This document shows, piece by piece, positions 12,091 through 25,268 of a stretch of 64,000 nt of DNA; the first letter of the stretch is position 1, and each line of letters starts with the position of its first letter. The position numbers were made by a program, and so were the translations under genes. The stretch is from Neoechinorhynchus agilis. Its lineage: Eukaryota > Animalia > Acanthocephala. The stretch is from contig CM121341.1 in the NCBI GenBank assembly GCA_051530055.1, forward strand, positions 1,302,001 to 1,366,000, in the 5' to 3' direction. Under the pieces are notes generated by a model. The model searched no databases. It was not told the origin of the DNA and was given only the letters and a program-made list of their open reading frames with translations.

Positions 12091-12571
12091 CTGGAAAATC
12101 AAGTAGTATTTTACAAGGCTAACATCAAAAGAAAATAATATTTTGCATTGCAAAAGCTTGTTAGCTAGAAAACACGCTGTTCAAAACGGTAGTATTTTAA
12201 TTTCTTAAACGAACATAACCGGCCTTCAAAAGTTCAAACTTTTTATGTTCTTTTACGCCTGTTAATTTACAATATTACTAGCTTTTGTTTTGCAAAACAT
12301 TTGCTGATTACAAAGTCGTGACAGACAAAAAGATTAACACTTGCATATTCTAAAGGGAGAAAACATTGTGGAAAACGCAACCAAGGAGCTACCATGAAAC
12401 TGTATGAGCGATGTGTAGCAAACAAGCTCATTCGTCAAATCATTGTTTCTAAGCCATAGGTATATATGCGCTCTGAAAATTCCCGGATCATTCGTCTTAG
12501 TCAAGATAGAACGCGACACTTTTATAAAATTTCCGAATTCTATTCATTAAACCGAACATTTAGTTTCACGA

Positions 12572-14391
12572 ATGGATCCCGCAGTATATGGCATTCTTCG
12601 ATGCCTCCTTGACTGAGTGGAAAGCCTACTACAAAATCCAGGCTCCGGAGTCGATCCTTCAAACGTTCACATACCGGCGAGTTCTCGTGTCACAGATAGA
12701 TTAGAGCTACAAATGGGAGCGAGGCATTCAAGTGATAGTCGAATCAATCAACCAGCAAATCAAAATGAATTGGCCGACCTTCTTGGTCTGCGCAATGATT
12801 CACCGAGAATAACAAACCAGTTTCCTGCGAGTGTTCCAGCTCCACAAGTATCAGGCGCTCCAATAATCGCTGCTTCCTTTCCTGCATTATTTTATTTTGT
12901 GAATCGATCTTCGGACAATGCTCAAAACAATAATCAAAGAGCAGCTTCTTCGGCGATGCGAAACGCTACAGGATTGATTGGACGAAATGCACCCAGAATT
13001 GAATAACCATCAGGATACGGTGAACAATCCTGGCTTGTAAAACAGCTTGACAACATGATTCGAAAGGAAGCTACAAATTACAATAACGCCGGGATACTAT
13101 GACTTGAAATTGTCAATGAGTTTTTACATTAAGAACACGGCTTAGAAAACATTCCTTCGCGTTTGCTTAAAAGCAAAACTGGAAAACCTTGTCTTCTTTG
13201 TGGCACCAATGAATGTGTTGTCTGGTATTACAAAAGAGAAAAAGTGTTGTGTTCCAAATGTGCAAATTCCCTTTTCAGAACAGCCGAAGATTAAAATAAA
13301 GAAGATGGCGGTATTCGCGATCGAAATGCAAACACCGAAAACATATCGGCTTGCCAGATTTCTCCAAAGTATTGGCAGCAAACCAATGAGACAATCAACT
13401 GCAAAAGATTCTATAAAACGAAAAAAATTCTTGGTATCGCTGTTATAATCTTCTTTTGTGCAATAATTGTCCACCTCAAATGGCCAGAAAGATTTTTGTA
13501 AGGTCGCGTGAAAAACAAACCCAGGACTTAAATAAACATCAACGTTCATCAGGAGTTCAACCCAATCGAAAAAGTTCCAATACCGTAAATGCCGATCGCG
13601 CACAGCAACAGAATTCTCGCGATTACAAAATCTGTGTTATGTGTAAGATAAACCAAAGTTCGAGGTGGCAAAAGTTGGGGGAATTGTTGATTTGCAAAAA
13701 ATGCATAGATTTGTGTACATTCTCTGTTATGGCACGATTGGCAAACATTCAAGCTGCAGCTGGGCGGCATACAAGCGCTTCTTTAAGAGCAGCGCAAACG
13801 AATGCTGTCGCTAATATCAAAACTCAGCAAGCGAATGATGAGTTAAGCTGCCATCTTTGCGCTGAGAATATCACCGAAGGAACGTCTCTGCATTTTGGAA
13901 TTGAAATATGCGAAATTTGCTACAGTTTCTCCTTAAAAGCAATCGAGGGACCGTTGAATACTGCCCCAATGGCGGAAGCATCCCCGAAACAATCTCGGGT
14001 TGAGCCTCCACATCCAGCAAATGATTCCCGTTTAAACCAATTGATCGAAATGATGTATAGTAGATCAATTGTACTGGAACCTGGGATCGCTCAAAGCTCA
14101 ACGATGTATAATTCTGATGGATTGTGTCATTGCGAGACGTGTAGGAAGTTTAAAACCGCGGCCAATCAAAATGCCGCAAGCAACGTCGGTCGACAAATTG
14201 ACAAATTTGAAACTGTGAATCCGCCAATCGCTGTAACGGAAAAGCCAGCGATTAAGTCGGATAAGCGAGAACGTCGGAATCCATACGATTCCATGCCCAA
14301 ACACTCAAACAAGTGTCGATTTTGTTGCCGATGCAAGAAAATTACAAAACAATCCGGTATCGTCGCCGTATTTTATATTACTGCCAGATGA
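12572..14391 (+). pseudogene. Multi-zinc-finger gene copy B (paralog of 8216-9169) with internal stops/frameshift; longest open part 13456-14391
   Basis: Aligns to copy A from 12091. ATG at 12572 is followed by CGA>TGA and further stops. The 3' part encodes CVMC-x16-CKKC, CHLC-x16-CEIC, CHCETC and CRFCCRC. Confidence 0.65.
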
Positions 14392-14970
14392 CGAATTCTA
14401 TAGCGGTTCCATCTTTCACCGCACCGGTTGCACATTTTATAGCGGTAACGCGAGCCGAGGAAGATAAAACTGAACATTTTATTGATCATCAAACAGCATT
14501 TAGCCTCGAAGCGTCATCAATTAAAACCTATGATTTGGAAAACCTTAAATCTACAGCAACGATTCAAGCGAGTCTTTGATTGGCTAGGGAGTCGCGAGAG
14601 CGAGGTGATGATCAAAGTGCAGAATCAAAAAAACAGGAATAATGCAATCAACATTTTTATCCATTGATCCCCAAACAAAATAAATTGTACTGCATTTTTA
14701 TTGAAAAAAGCATGGATTCTTTATAATCTCATTTGTATTTTTTGTGATTTACAGAGTTGTTGCGCTCGATGATTTAATAGGAGCGATTTTTTGTGAGCGA
14801 TGAAAAGCTACGGTTGGGCTATAAATAATTCTGACAGCTGCTCGTCTTCACAAAATTCGCAAGTAGCTTTAGATGTTCAAACAATGAATTTATTCTCCAA
14901 TAATATCGATTGGGCATACTACACTGCTGAATTTAGAAAACCGAAATAGTATTTGCAATTTATTAGCAAG

Positions 14971-17665
14971 TTTTTTTACAACCAACATAATATATTTTTA
15001 ACAATTCAAGCAATCTGTTTGAAGCACACTCACCACCTCCCGCCAAATTCCAGTTTTTGTCCTTCCTCGACCGTCGCCGTCACGCTGGCAGCATTGCCTC
15101 GTTGTACTGCCAGCGAGATATTTTGTCGAAGGAATACGCCTGCTCTTGAGTCTCCGGTTGCCTCTCTCAATTTCTTCGAGAGATCCTGGAGCAGAGAGAG
15201 TGCCGAGCTGCCGAGCTCTCCATACGTCTCTACCCCAAAGGGGACAAAATAGTTAGCTCTCGATAACTGAATATATTTCCGTATTTTCCTCTCTTCCGCT
15301 GCACTGGCGGCACCACCGGCGATTTCGAGGGAGTAGGGGATGTTGCTGGCTGCGAGGGTGCCCACACACGTGGCCTCCCGCCACGGGAAGACCGAAATTC
15401 CATCGGGTCTACGGCCGTCTAGTCAACAAAGGTGGGCGGGTTCCAGGATGTTCGGGAAGTTCGCCGTTCTCAACGCCCGAGAAATTGCGTTATTGATTTC
15501 AGAATGGCGTGAGAACCTTCCTTCTGACCTTCTGCAGACGAGACCTTGTCGCCCGAAAGCATCAACCAAAGAACCATATCGACAGCGATGGGGCGTGTGT
15601 ATCGGGAGACCAAGTCTTAAGGATACTGCGATCTTCGTTACCTCATCAGTAAGAAGAGTTCCCACTGATGCCAGAGGAACAGCCTCCAACCACGCCCCAG
15701 ATTCTCGTGTTGAAACTGCCAACAGTCTAGCTCGGACGACCCCATCGCGAGAACCTGAAAGTAGAGAGCTGTGAGCTCTCGCGACAAGAGGTCCGTCCAA
15801 GATCGACTGTCTGAGGCCATTCACGGGAACATGGTTAGCGCCTGTCTGCTGGCACCATTCCTAAACCGCCACCACGAAATCCCGGTCAAGACAGAACTTT
15901 TCCTTCAAAATTTTCTTCGATACTGGTAGGCTCCCCTCAAACGATCCAAGAAAGGCCGGCAAAGCAAGGTCCACTAGTGTCCGAATCCCCAATCCCCCAG
16001 AAGACACAGGCAAAGAAGCTTGTCGCCACGCCTTATCTGAGAGCTGGGCATTTAAAATACGCTCGAAACAAGCCCTCACCTTGTCGTCGAGCTTAGCCAA
16101 TCCTTCCTTATGTTTGAAAAATGTTGCTGTGCGAACCTTGTACAATAATTTGTGGATGAAGAGCGCGTTTTTTGTGAGAAACAAGGCTTCATGAGCCGAG
16201 AGAGCGCACACCCTATCGCACAGCAACGAAAGTTTCGGTATGATATGGCCGATCTCATCTTCCACATTTGAATCGAAGACACAACTGCCCAGGAGGCTGA
16301 GTTGCTCCCGAGTCACGAGTTTCAGACCTGGAGCTACGGCCTCGAACCCATCCATTAGTTCTTTGACTTTGGTGGCGTCTCCAATATTGAATATAAGGAG
16401 CTCACATTTTCCAGCATTGAGCTCAATGCCCATCTTCGAGGTCTCCCTAATCAGCGTCTCCAAATCGCGCAGTACAACGGAGGGATCACCTCCGAGCGTA
16501 GCGTCATCCAATTACCAAGCGTTGAAGCTGGAATGGAGAGAATACGCTATTGGATTTACTGTTAGGGAGAATGCGATTGGACCGAGGGGATCTCCTTACT
16601 GCACTCCTATTTCGGACCAAATGAGGTGGTCTTCGAAAAGCAAAGCAGTCGCCGTCCCGTAGGCATTGAGAAAATACTGGAGGGCATCTGGGGCATGATC
16701 CCTAGTTGCGCGGAACATGGTTTCTCTATTGAGAGAGTTAAAGGCGTTCCGAAAATCACACTTAAAAATCACGCACGGCTCTGAGCTTCTCGTAGCAAAG
16801 TTTCGAAGCGAGTGGACAATAGCTTCCGCCCCGCAGGATGTGCAGCAGCCCAGTTGGACTGGACGAAGTTGCTGTCCGGTTTTCTCCTGCGAGTCGGCGT
16901 ATCGTCGAAGATACGGCGATGGGACGGATCCCACCTTCTTTTTTTGTGAGCGCACACAATGAGGCTCCGAAAAATAGGTCCTTTGCAACTGGGTTCAGGT
17001 CCTCTCCAGTCAGGCGGTCGACTATTCGAGAAAGCGCACTTTCTAGAGAGAGCTGCTTCACCAGTTGAAAAGGACATCATGTCCTCTAGGTGCTGAGGCC
17101 TTAGTCCGTCAAGCCCGTGACCCGAACCATTTGCAAAAGTTGAGATGGCCTTTTTTATCTCTGAACTTTAAGTGGGTGTTCTGCTTTGTATAGGAGGAGG
17201 TGGAATTTCAAAACTGTCACTACTGCATGGGTGTTTTGACCGGAGTATTTGTAGTGCCACGTTGTCTCCTTGTGCAAAACTGTCATAGGATGACAATAAC
17301 CGAACAGCCCCCCGAACATCTCCGCCCGCAAACTTCGAAGAGACACGTTTAGTCAGGGATCGCTTTGAAAAACGGCAACGAACCCCTTCCTTCGTGCGTC
17401 CCTTACGAACCCTCTCGAAATTTCATTTCGAAATTGTTAAATATTTGTTCGAAGGAGGTCACCCTTTCTTTGATTGTTGATGTCAACGACACCCCAGAAT
17501 CATCACGGGTGCAAAGGACTAAGCGCGGGAAAGCGAAGAGCCGTGTCCATGATGGCGCACAGTTCGTTTGAAGGCAATCGTTGAGCAATCCCGTAAATGC
17601 TTTGGCGACCAGATATCGCGCGCCTTTAGGGATCCGTTTCAGGACGTTCCTGGGCAGGAACCGCA
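14971..17665 (-). mobile_element. CRE-clade (RLE-type) non-LTR retrotransposon, 5'-truncated, frameshifted
   Basis: KKEGGIRPIAV, GVQQGDPLGP, W*LDDATLGG (RT); RPDG..DAT..TLA, PFGVET.G, FLRQNISLAVQRGNAA (RLE endonuclease); short A-tail at ~14971. Confidence 0.88.
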
Positions 17666-19369
17666 GACTCCGCATGTAGGTGTTGTCGCGGTCTTCTTTT
17701 TGCAAAAACCAGCCAATGTCGTCCCTTTTTTGGCAATAATCCTCAAATTCTGTATTCTTTGTAAGGTCCGTAGTTTGTTAGTGGCCTCTTCACTGATGAA
17801 AGAATGTGCGATATATTTTGTAAGTGGAAGATTCGTTGGCTGACCGTTATTGCGTTGATCGGGTTGTCGCCTGATAATTTTTCTGGCCATATCAATAGCC
17901 CACTTAGGATATCCCCTTAACCGCCCGAAGCGAACTGGAGGCGGAGACTCGTGTATGAGGCCATACACATTGCAGCGAACCGGACAATGGAGGTCTCGCG
18001 CTCCCAATCAACGATTTAAAGCTGAAAGAAAGCCGAACATTGCGCAGGGGGTTCGAGCGGACATTAACTCCACGGGCACGGCTAACCCGCGCTCCTGAGT
18101 CTAAGGTAACCAGTATATAAACCATTTTGTAGATGTCTGACGAGGTGGATTTTGTCGACGAAATATTAAGCAATTAAAATGAGTCTCGATGTTTAATCCG
18201 CACAACAAGAATATCTTTCCACCCGAATGTGATCTTGCATGAAATTTAATTTTTAAGTTTTATATGCAAAACAAAGTTTTGATGGAACGAGGAATAACTC
18301 ATTGTTAACAAGGTTACTTCTCTGATTTAAATTTTTTAATTTCCAAAGCAAATAATAAAGAACCGCTTACCGTAGAATTGAAGGAATAAAGATCAAGAGG
18401 AGTTAACAAAAAAAAGTAGATCGATGGAATAGGTTGGACGACTGGAATGGAGATTGTTGGATATGACTTACTGCGTATGCATTCTTTTCTTTAATAATAA
18501 TGAGATCAAATTTTCTACTACATTTCCAAAGGATCGATCACCAATTGTGCGAATATAAAAAAAATCAAGCGTTTTGCCGCCAATCGCTTCATAGGACCAG
18601 CCAAAAATAACAAAAGGTATTAGGGAGTATGTCCATAAATACGGATTATATAGATCACACATAACAAAAATTGAAATAAAAAATGGTTCTTATTACTAGT
18701 CTTAATTGTATGTATGGTTCATTTTGTATATCCTTTTTTGATTGTCTGATGTTTATTGTAAATTGTTTTGTTCCTATCGAGTTGATTGATTTTGTTTAAA
18801 ATCTTGACTAATTGTATCGCCTCCTTTCCTTTAATGTATTTTATTAAATTGCCTTCCTTGTTGATCATCGCGATCTCACTCCTGTTCGCCTTGATCCTTC
18901 TTTCCTTATTGATTCCGTCATATGATAAAATTTTAGTAACAAAAATCCTCCATAAGAACGATTCTATTTGCTCTTTCAAGTTCAACGTTTGAAAAAATCC
19001 TACTATCTTCTTGATAAAAAATTAAGCAAAGCTATGTTTCAATTCTGGTGGACGGCCTCTTCCAAAGAAGCAGAACGCTCCTCCCAACATAGTTTTAAAA
19101 AAGAGTATGGGACTTGCTATGACGTGCTTCAATCTATTTATTCTTTGATTTTTTCAATAAATAAAACGTGTTATTATTTTAATAAAAAGTGAACCCAGAT
19201 TCGAATTCATTGTAGCCATAATAATAGCACGTTTATTTGTGAGTTAACAAAGCGAAGGATCCAAGTATCTTTGGGTCCTCCGAACACAAATGCGCATGAG
19301 AGATCGTTAGATTGTGAGGTTGTTTCTTTCCTCCGGTTCATGATGATTTAAATTTTGACGTCCAAACAG
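17666..19369 (-). mobile_element. Decayed Penelope-like element (RT region), ending just before the GIY-YIG domain
   Basis: LRGYPKWAI..ATNKLRTL..IIAKKGTTLAGFCKKK..CGV parallels the better-preserved PLE at 35-36 kb (LRSRGFPEYAI..ATGKLRRL..YNKRGASIAGILKRK..SGIY). Upstream RT motifs are only faintly recognisable. Confidence 0.55.
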
Positions 19370-20916
19370 ATCAGAATTATACATCGATGAGCTTTGAGCG
19401 ATCCCAGGTTCCAGTACAATTGATCTACTATACATCATTTCGATCAATTGGTTTAAACGGGAATCATTTGCTGGATGTGGAGGCTCAACCCGAGATTGTT
19501 TCGGGGATGCTTCCGCCATTGGGGCAGTATTCAACGGTCCCTCGATTGCTTTTAAGGAGAAACTGTAGCAAATTTCGCATATTTCAATTCCAAAATGCAG
19601 AGACGTTCCTTCGGTGATATTCTCAGCGCAAAGATGGCAGCTTAACTCATCATTCGCTTGCTGAGTTTTGATATTAGCGACAGCATTCGTTTGCGCTGCT
19701 CTTAAAGAAGCGCTTGTATGCCGCCCAGCTGCAGCTTGAATGTTTGCCAATCGTGCCATAACAGAGAATGTACACAAATCTATGCATTTTTTGCAAATCA
19801 ACAATTCCCCCAACTTTTGCCACCTCGAACTTTGGTTTATCTTACACATAACACAGATTTTGTAATCGCGAGAATTCTGTTGCTGTGCGCGATCGGCATT
19901 TACGGTATTGGAACTTTTTCGATTGGGTTGAACTCCTGATGAACGTTGATGTTTATTTAAGTCCTGGGTTTGTTTTTCACGCGACCTTACAAAAATCTTT
20001 CTGGCCATTTGAGGTGGACAATTATTGCACAAAAGAAGATTATAACAGCGATACCAAGAATTTTTTTCGTTTTATAGAATCTTTTGCAGTTGATTGTCTC
20101 ATTGGTTTGCTGCCAATACTTTGGAGAAATCTGGCAAGCCGATATGTTTTCGGTGTTTGCATTTCGATCGCGAATACCGCCATCTTCTTTATTTTAATCT
20201 TCGGCTGTTCTGAAAAGGGAATTTGCACATTTGGAACACAACACTTTTTCTCTTTTGTAATACCAGACAACACATTCATTGGTGCCACAAAGAAGACAAG
20301 GTTTTCCAGTTTTGCTTTTAAGCAAACGCGAAGGAATGTTTTCTAAGCCGTGTTCTTAATGTAAAAACTCATTGACAATTTCAAGTCATAGTATCCCGGC
20401 GTTATTGTAATTTGTAGCTTCCTTTCGAATCATGTTGTCAAGCTGTTTTACAAGCCAGGATTGTTCACCGTATCCTGATGGTTATTCAATTCTGGGTGCA
20501 TTTCGTCCAATCAATCCTGTAGCGTTTCGCATCGCCGAAGAAGCTGCTCTTTGATTATTGTTTTGAGCATTGTCCGAAGATCGATTCACAAAATAAAATA
20601 ATGCAGGAAAGGAAGCAGCGATTATTGGAGCGCCTGATACTTGTGGAGCTGGAACACTCGCAGGAAACTGGTTTGTTATTCTCGGTGAATCATTGCGCAG
20701 ACCAAGAAGGTCGGCCAATTCATTTTGATTTGCTGGTTGATTGATTCGACTATCACTTGAATGTCTCGCTCCCATTTGTAGCTCTAATCTATCTGTGACA
20801 CGAGAACTCGCCGGTATGTGAACGTTTGAAGGATCGACTCCGGAGCCTGGATTTTGTAGTAGGCTTTCCACTCAGTCAAGGAGGCATCGAAGAATGCCAT
20901 ATACTGCGGGATCCAT
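19370..20916 (-). pseudogene. Truncated inverted copy of zinc-finger gene B
   Basis: Mirror of 12572-14118; ORF 19307-20032 matches 13456-14391 (one substitution, T>S) up to MYNSD, then runs into spacer sequence. Confidence 0.7.
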
Positions 20917-21398
20917 TCGTGAAACTAAATGTTCGGTTTAATGAATAGAATTCGGAAATTTTATAAAAGTGTCGCGTTCTATCTTGACTAAGACGAATGA
21001 TCCGGGAATTTTCAGAGCGCATATATACCTATGGCTTAGAAACAATGATTTGACGAATGAGCTTGTTTGCTACACATCGCTCATACAGTTTCATGGTAGC
21101 TCCTTGGTTGCGTTTTCCACAATGTTTTCTCCCTTTAGAATATGCAAGTGTTAATCTTTTTGTCTGTCACGACTTTGTAATCAGCAAATGTTTTGCAAAA
21201 CAAAAAACCCATAATATTGTAAATTAACAGGCGTAAAAGAACATAAAAAGTTAAAATTTTTGAAGGCCGGGTTTGTTTGTTTAAGAAATTAAAATACTAC
21301 CGTTTTGAACAGCGTGTTTTCTAGCTAACAAGCTTTTGCAATGCAAAATATTATTTTCTTTTGATGTTAGCCTTGTAAAATACTACTTGATTTTCCAG

Positions 21399-23650
21399 CC
21401 AATGTGCTTTCCAAGAAGGAATCGAATCGAGAAATATACGAGGCACTTGAAAACGATGAAGGTGTGCAAATGATATTTAAGATCGCCCGAATTCACGACA
21501 AAAGATCTTAGGATATTCCAGTCGTAAAAAGAATTAAAGACTCGTCGAGAAAAACCTAAGAAGCGAAAACTATATCCTTCAAAGATGGCGAGAGTATTTC
21601 GACAAACTCAATAATACAAAAAATCCTCGCCAGCCTTATGATCAAGCACCACCAAACGCGAATCTAATTCGACCGTTCTCCTACAAAGAGTTCGCAGTAC
21701 AGCATCGTCGCATGAAAACCGGTAAAAGTGCAGGACTGGACGACATTCCGATCGAAGGCTGGAAATCGTTGGGCGGATTCGGTATTCGAGTGCTTACCAT
21801 CCAATTCAGGAGGATATCAGACATTGCCAAAATGCCGGAAGCTTGGCAGAAAAGTACAGTGACTCCGATCTATAAACAGAAAGGCGAGGTTGAACAATGT
21901 AGCAGCTACCGGGGTATAAAATTGATCAGTCATACAATGAAGCATGGGAGAGACGAGCAACAGCTTGGCTTCATGCCAGGTCGAGGAAGCACTACGGATG
22001 AGATTTCCTTAATTAGACAATTGTACAAGAGGTTCGATGAAAAGCAGAAGCCGCTATACAGTACATTCGTCGACTTTGAAAAGGAATACGACACAGTGCC
22101 GAGAGACCTGATATGGAACTGCCTTAGAAAGAAAAATTGCCCCAAACAGTACGTACAAACTATCAGGACAATGTAGGACGGATCATACATAAGTGTCCGA
22201 TGCAGTGTGATCGAAACAAATTATTTTGGGGTCTCAGTTGGATTACATCAGGGATCTGTCCTCAGTCCGTTCCTATTCATTACGATCATGAACGTATTTG
22301 GATCCCAGCAAAACGATTCAATGCCGCCGTGAACTTTAAAGTACGATGATGACTTGATAGTCACAACGGAAAAACGCCAAGTATGCAAAGACTGGAAGGG
22401 TGGCGTGAGAGATTGGAAAGCAACGGAATCAAAGTAAGCAGAGCGAATACAGGTTCGGAGGATCTAGAATGAGATGCCAAACAATTAACATTAAAAGCGT
22501 CAGTTCAATATCTTGGTAGCAAGGTCAGTATGGCCAACTCTCTCAAACCTAAAATAACTCCCCGAATACAAAGCCGATGGCACAACTGGATAAAAATGTC
22601 AACCGTATTCTGTATGTGATAAAAGGATCGGGCTAAAGCCAAAAGGATCGGAGTATTCGAGACTGTAGTGAGACCAACAATGTTGTACGCCGCAGAGACG
22701 TGGACGACCAAGAAAGACGACCTCAGTCGATTAGAATCGAATGAAATGAGGATGTTGAGATGGGCAGCTGGCTTCACATTCAGGGATAGGAAAAGAAACG
22801 AGGATATTAGAAGGATGCTAGGGAACCGATGCACCGAATTGATAGCTCAAAGAAGATTGCGGTTGTTCAATAAGGTTATGAATAGCGAGAGAAGGCATAT
22901 AAGCATAGAGGATATTGGAAAGGCGGCGCAGAGGAAGACTCAAGAAGCGTTGGGTGGATTGTGTAAATCAAGATCGAAGTTAAATTGGACTCAACATTTT
23001 TCACCAAATAGATGTAATATTAGGACCCGCAACCTCTCGAAAGAGGGAAAAGCGTGAGAATATGAAGTCTTCCATTCCTTCCTTCGAATCAATTTGCATT
23101 TGGAGGATTAAGCAGCGGGGAAGAAGGATCGAAGGTAGAGGTTTGTGCGAGGAAATGAAGGATGGAAAATGTTGGGGCGACGCGAGCGGAGGATAATGAA
23201 AGCGCTTTTGAGTGCTTTTGAAAGATTAGAGAAGTTAGTTCTTCTAAGGGCAGGAGTTCGGAGGAACAGATTTGAGCGCACCTCTTGTGAAATGTGTTAG
23301 GTTTTTTGCTCGCCAAGGACAATCCAAGCCCGGCTGAAAAAGGAGGAGGGTTGGCGTCATGAAGGGCATCCAGCTGTAAAATTCTTGCCAAATTTTGACC
23401 CAAATGACAACCAGCAACCGAATCAACCAAAGCACTAAGGCTGCGACGCGCAAGTTCTTCGCCTGGAGCTTGTGTTAAATCATCAAAGGCTACCGAGGCA
23501 TGGACGGTTTCGGCTAAAGAAATTATTCTACACAAGTGACCTAAGAATAGCAACGCTAAATGTGGGATCGATGACGGGAAGGAGTCGAGAAATAGTTGAT
23601 GAGAAGGATCGGCATAGCGGGAGTGCAGGAGACCAGTTGGAAAGCTCACT
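21399..23650 (+). mobile_element. Inverted copy of the permuted RTE element
   Basis: Mirror of 9834-12090. Confidence 0.85.
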
Positions 23651-24152
23651 AATTATTTCTTTTGAATGAAGATAATGAAGACCATCAGCTATTTGAAACG
23701 TAAAATTTCGCAAAATTGATGGTGGTACGCTAATCATAGAATCCACCAAAATAAGACTCAATGGCCACCCGATTGGATAATATGAAAGTATTAATCGTCC
23801 ATCGACTATTGCACTGCTGTCAAATACACAAACACTAAAGTGGTCAAGCTTCTTTAATATTTTAGCTTCCTTTAAAAGATCCTTTAATCGAGGACATGAT
23901 GCTGATTGGTTAAAGTAATCCAACCTTTTCAAGTTCTTTTTTTGTTGCTGATTTTACCATTAAAGCGGTAATATCAGAATATTCTCGATGAATGTGAATT
24001 TTCCTAAAATTCACTTTTCTTGTTGAATAAATTAAATTTTTATAAATATTCAACATGATACGTCGTCCAAGAAGATGCGCTTTACTGTGCATGCTTTCAA
24101 CATCATTTTTTCTCAAATTTGCAATTACGCCTAAAAAAGGACGACAATGCAT
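23651..24152 (-). pseudogene. Inverted copy of the RTK-like kinase fragment
   Basis: Mirror of 9332-9833; identical ORF translations. Confidence 0.55.
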
Positions 24153-24512
24153 TTAAAATTGAATCAGTAACCGTTGCTAGGGAAATTATTCTACTTTAAT
24201 TTCAATCGGCCACGTTCAATATTCTTCGACTTTTTCGTTGATAAATTGGGTAAAAGAATTCTTACAGCACATATCGATAAATCGTAAGTTCGAAAATAAC
24301 ATAATAAAAGTTCTTTATTCATATGCAACTTGAGGTGGACAATTCGTGCACAAAAAGAAGATTATAACAGCGATACCAAGAACTTTTCGTTCCATAGAAT
24401 CTTTTGCAGCTGATTGTCTCGTTGCTTTGCTTTCGATACTTTGGAGAACTCTGACAAGCCGATATGTATTCGGTGTTTGCATTTCGACCGCGATTACCAC
24501 CATCTTTTTATT

Positions 24513-25268
24513 TTAATCTTCGGCCGTTTTGAAGAGGGAATTTGCACATTTGGCACACAAGACTTTTTCTTGTTTGTAATACCAGGAAACACATTCATTG
24601 GTGCCACAAAGAAGACAAGGTTTTCCTGTTTTGCTTTTAAGCAAACGCGAAGGAATGTTTTCTAAGCCGCGTTGTGAATGTAAAAACTCATTGACAATTT
24701 CAAGTCCAAGGATCCCGGCGTTATTGTAATTTGTAGCTTCCCGTCGAATCATGTTGTCAAGCTCTTTTACAAGCCAGGATTGTTCACTGTATCCTGATGG
24801 TTGTTCAATTCTGGGCACATTTCGTCCAATTAATCGTTGAGCGTTTTGCGTCGCCGTAGAAGCTATTCTTTGATCATTGTTTTGAGCAGTGTCCGAAGAT
24901 CGATTCACAAAATCAAATAACGCTGGAAGGGAAGCAGCGATTATTGGAGCGACTGATCTCATGCTAGCCATAAGCTCGTTCATTACATTCACTTGTGGAG
25001 CTGGAACACTGGCAGGAAACTGGTTTGTAATTCTCGGTGAATCATTGCGATTACCAGGAAGATCGGCCAATTCATTTTGATTTGCTGGTGGATTGAGTCG
25101 ACTATCATTTGAATCCCTCGCTCCAATTTGTTGCCCTGATCTCCCTGTTACATGAGAACTCGCCGGTATGCGAACGTTTGAAGGATCGACTACGGAGCCT
25201 GGATATTGTTGCAGATTTTCCACTCGGTCAAGGAGGCATCGAAGAATGTCATATACTGCGGGATCCAT
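24513..25268 (-). CDS. Inverted copy of GATA-like zinc-finger gene A
   Basis: 251-aa ORF differing from 8216-8971 at two residues (T3P, N22Y). Confidence 0.55.
   Translation of the reverse strand: MDPAVYDILRCLLDRVENLQQYPGSVVDPSNVRIPASSHVTGRSGQQIGARDSNDSRLNPPANQNELADLPGNRNDSPRITNQFPASVPAPQVNVMNELMASMRSVAPIIAASLPALFDFVNRSSDTAQNNDQRIASTATQNAQRLIGRNVPRIEQPSGYSEQSWLVKELDNMIRREATNYNNAGILGLEIVNEFLHSQRGLENIPSRLLKSKTGKPCLLCGTNECVSWYYKQEKVLCAKCANSLFKTAED

Larger units (their letters stand above)
3004..14118 (+). repeat. Left arm of giant inverted duplication
   Basis: Reverse-complement near-identity to 19370-34215. Mirrored ORFs are identical or nearly so (e.g. 8216-8971 vs 24513-25268; 11313-11777 vs 21712-22176; 3064-3270 vs 33949-34155). 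Confidence 0.95.
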
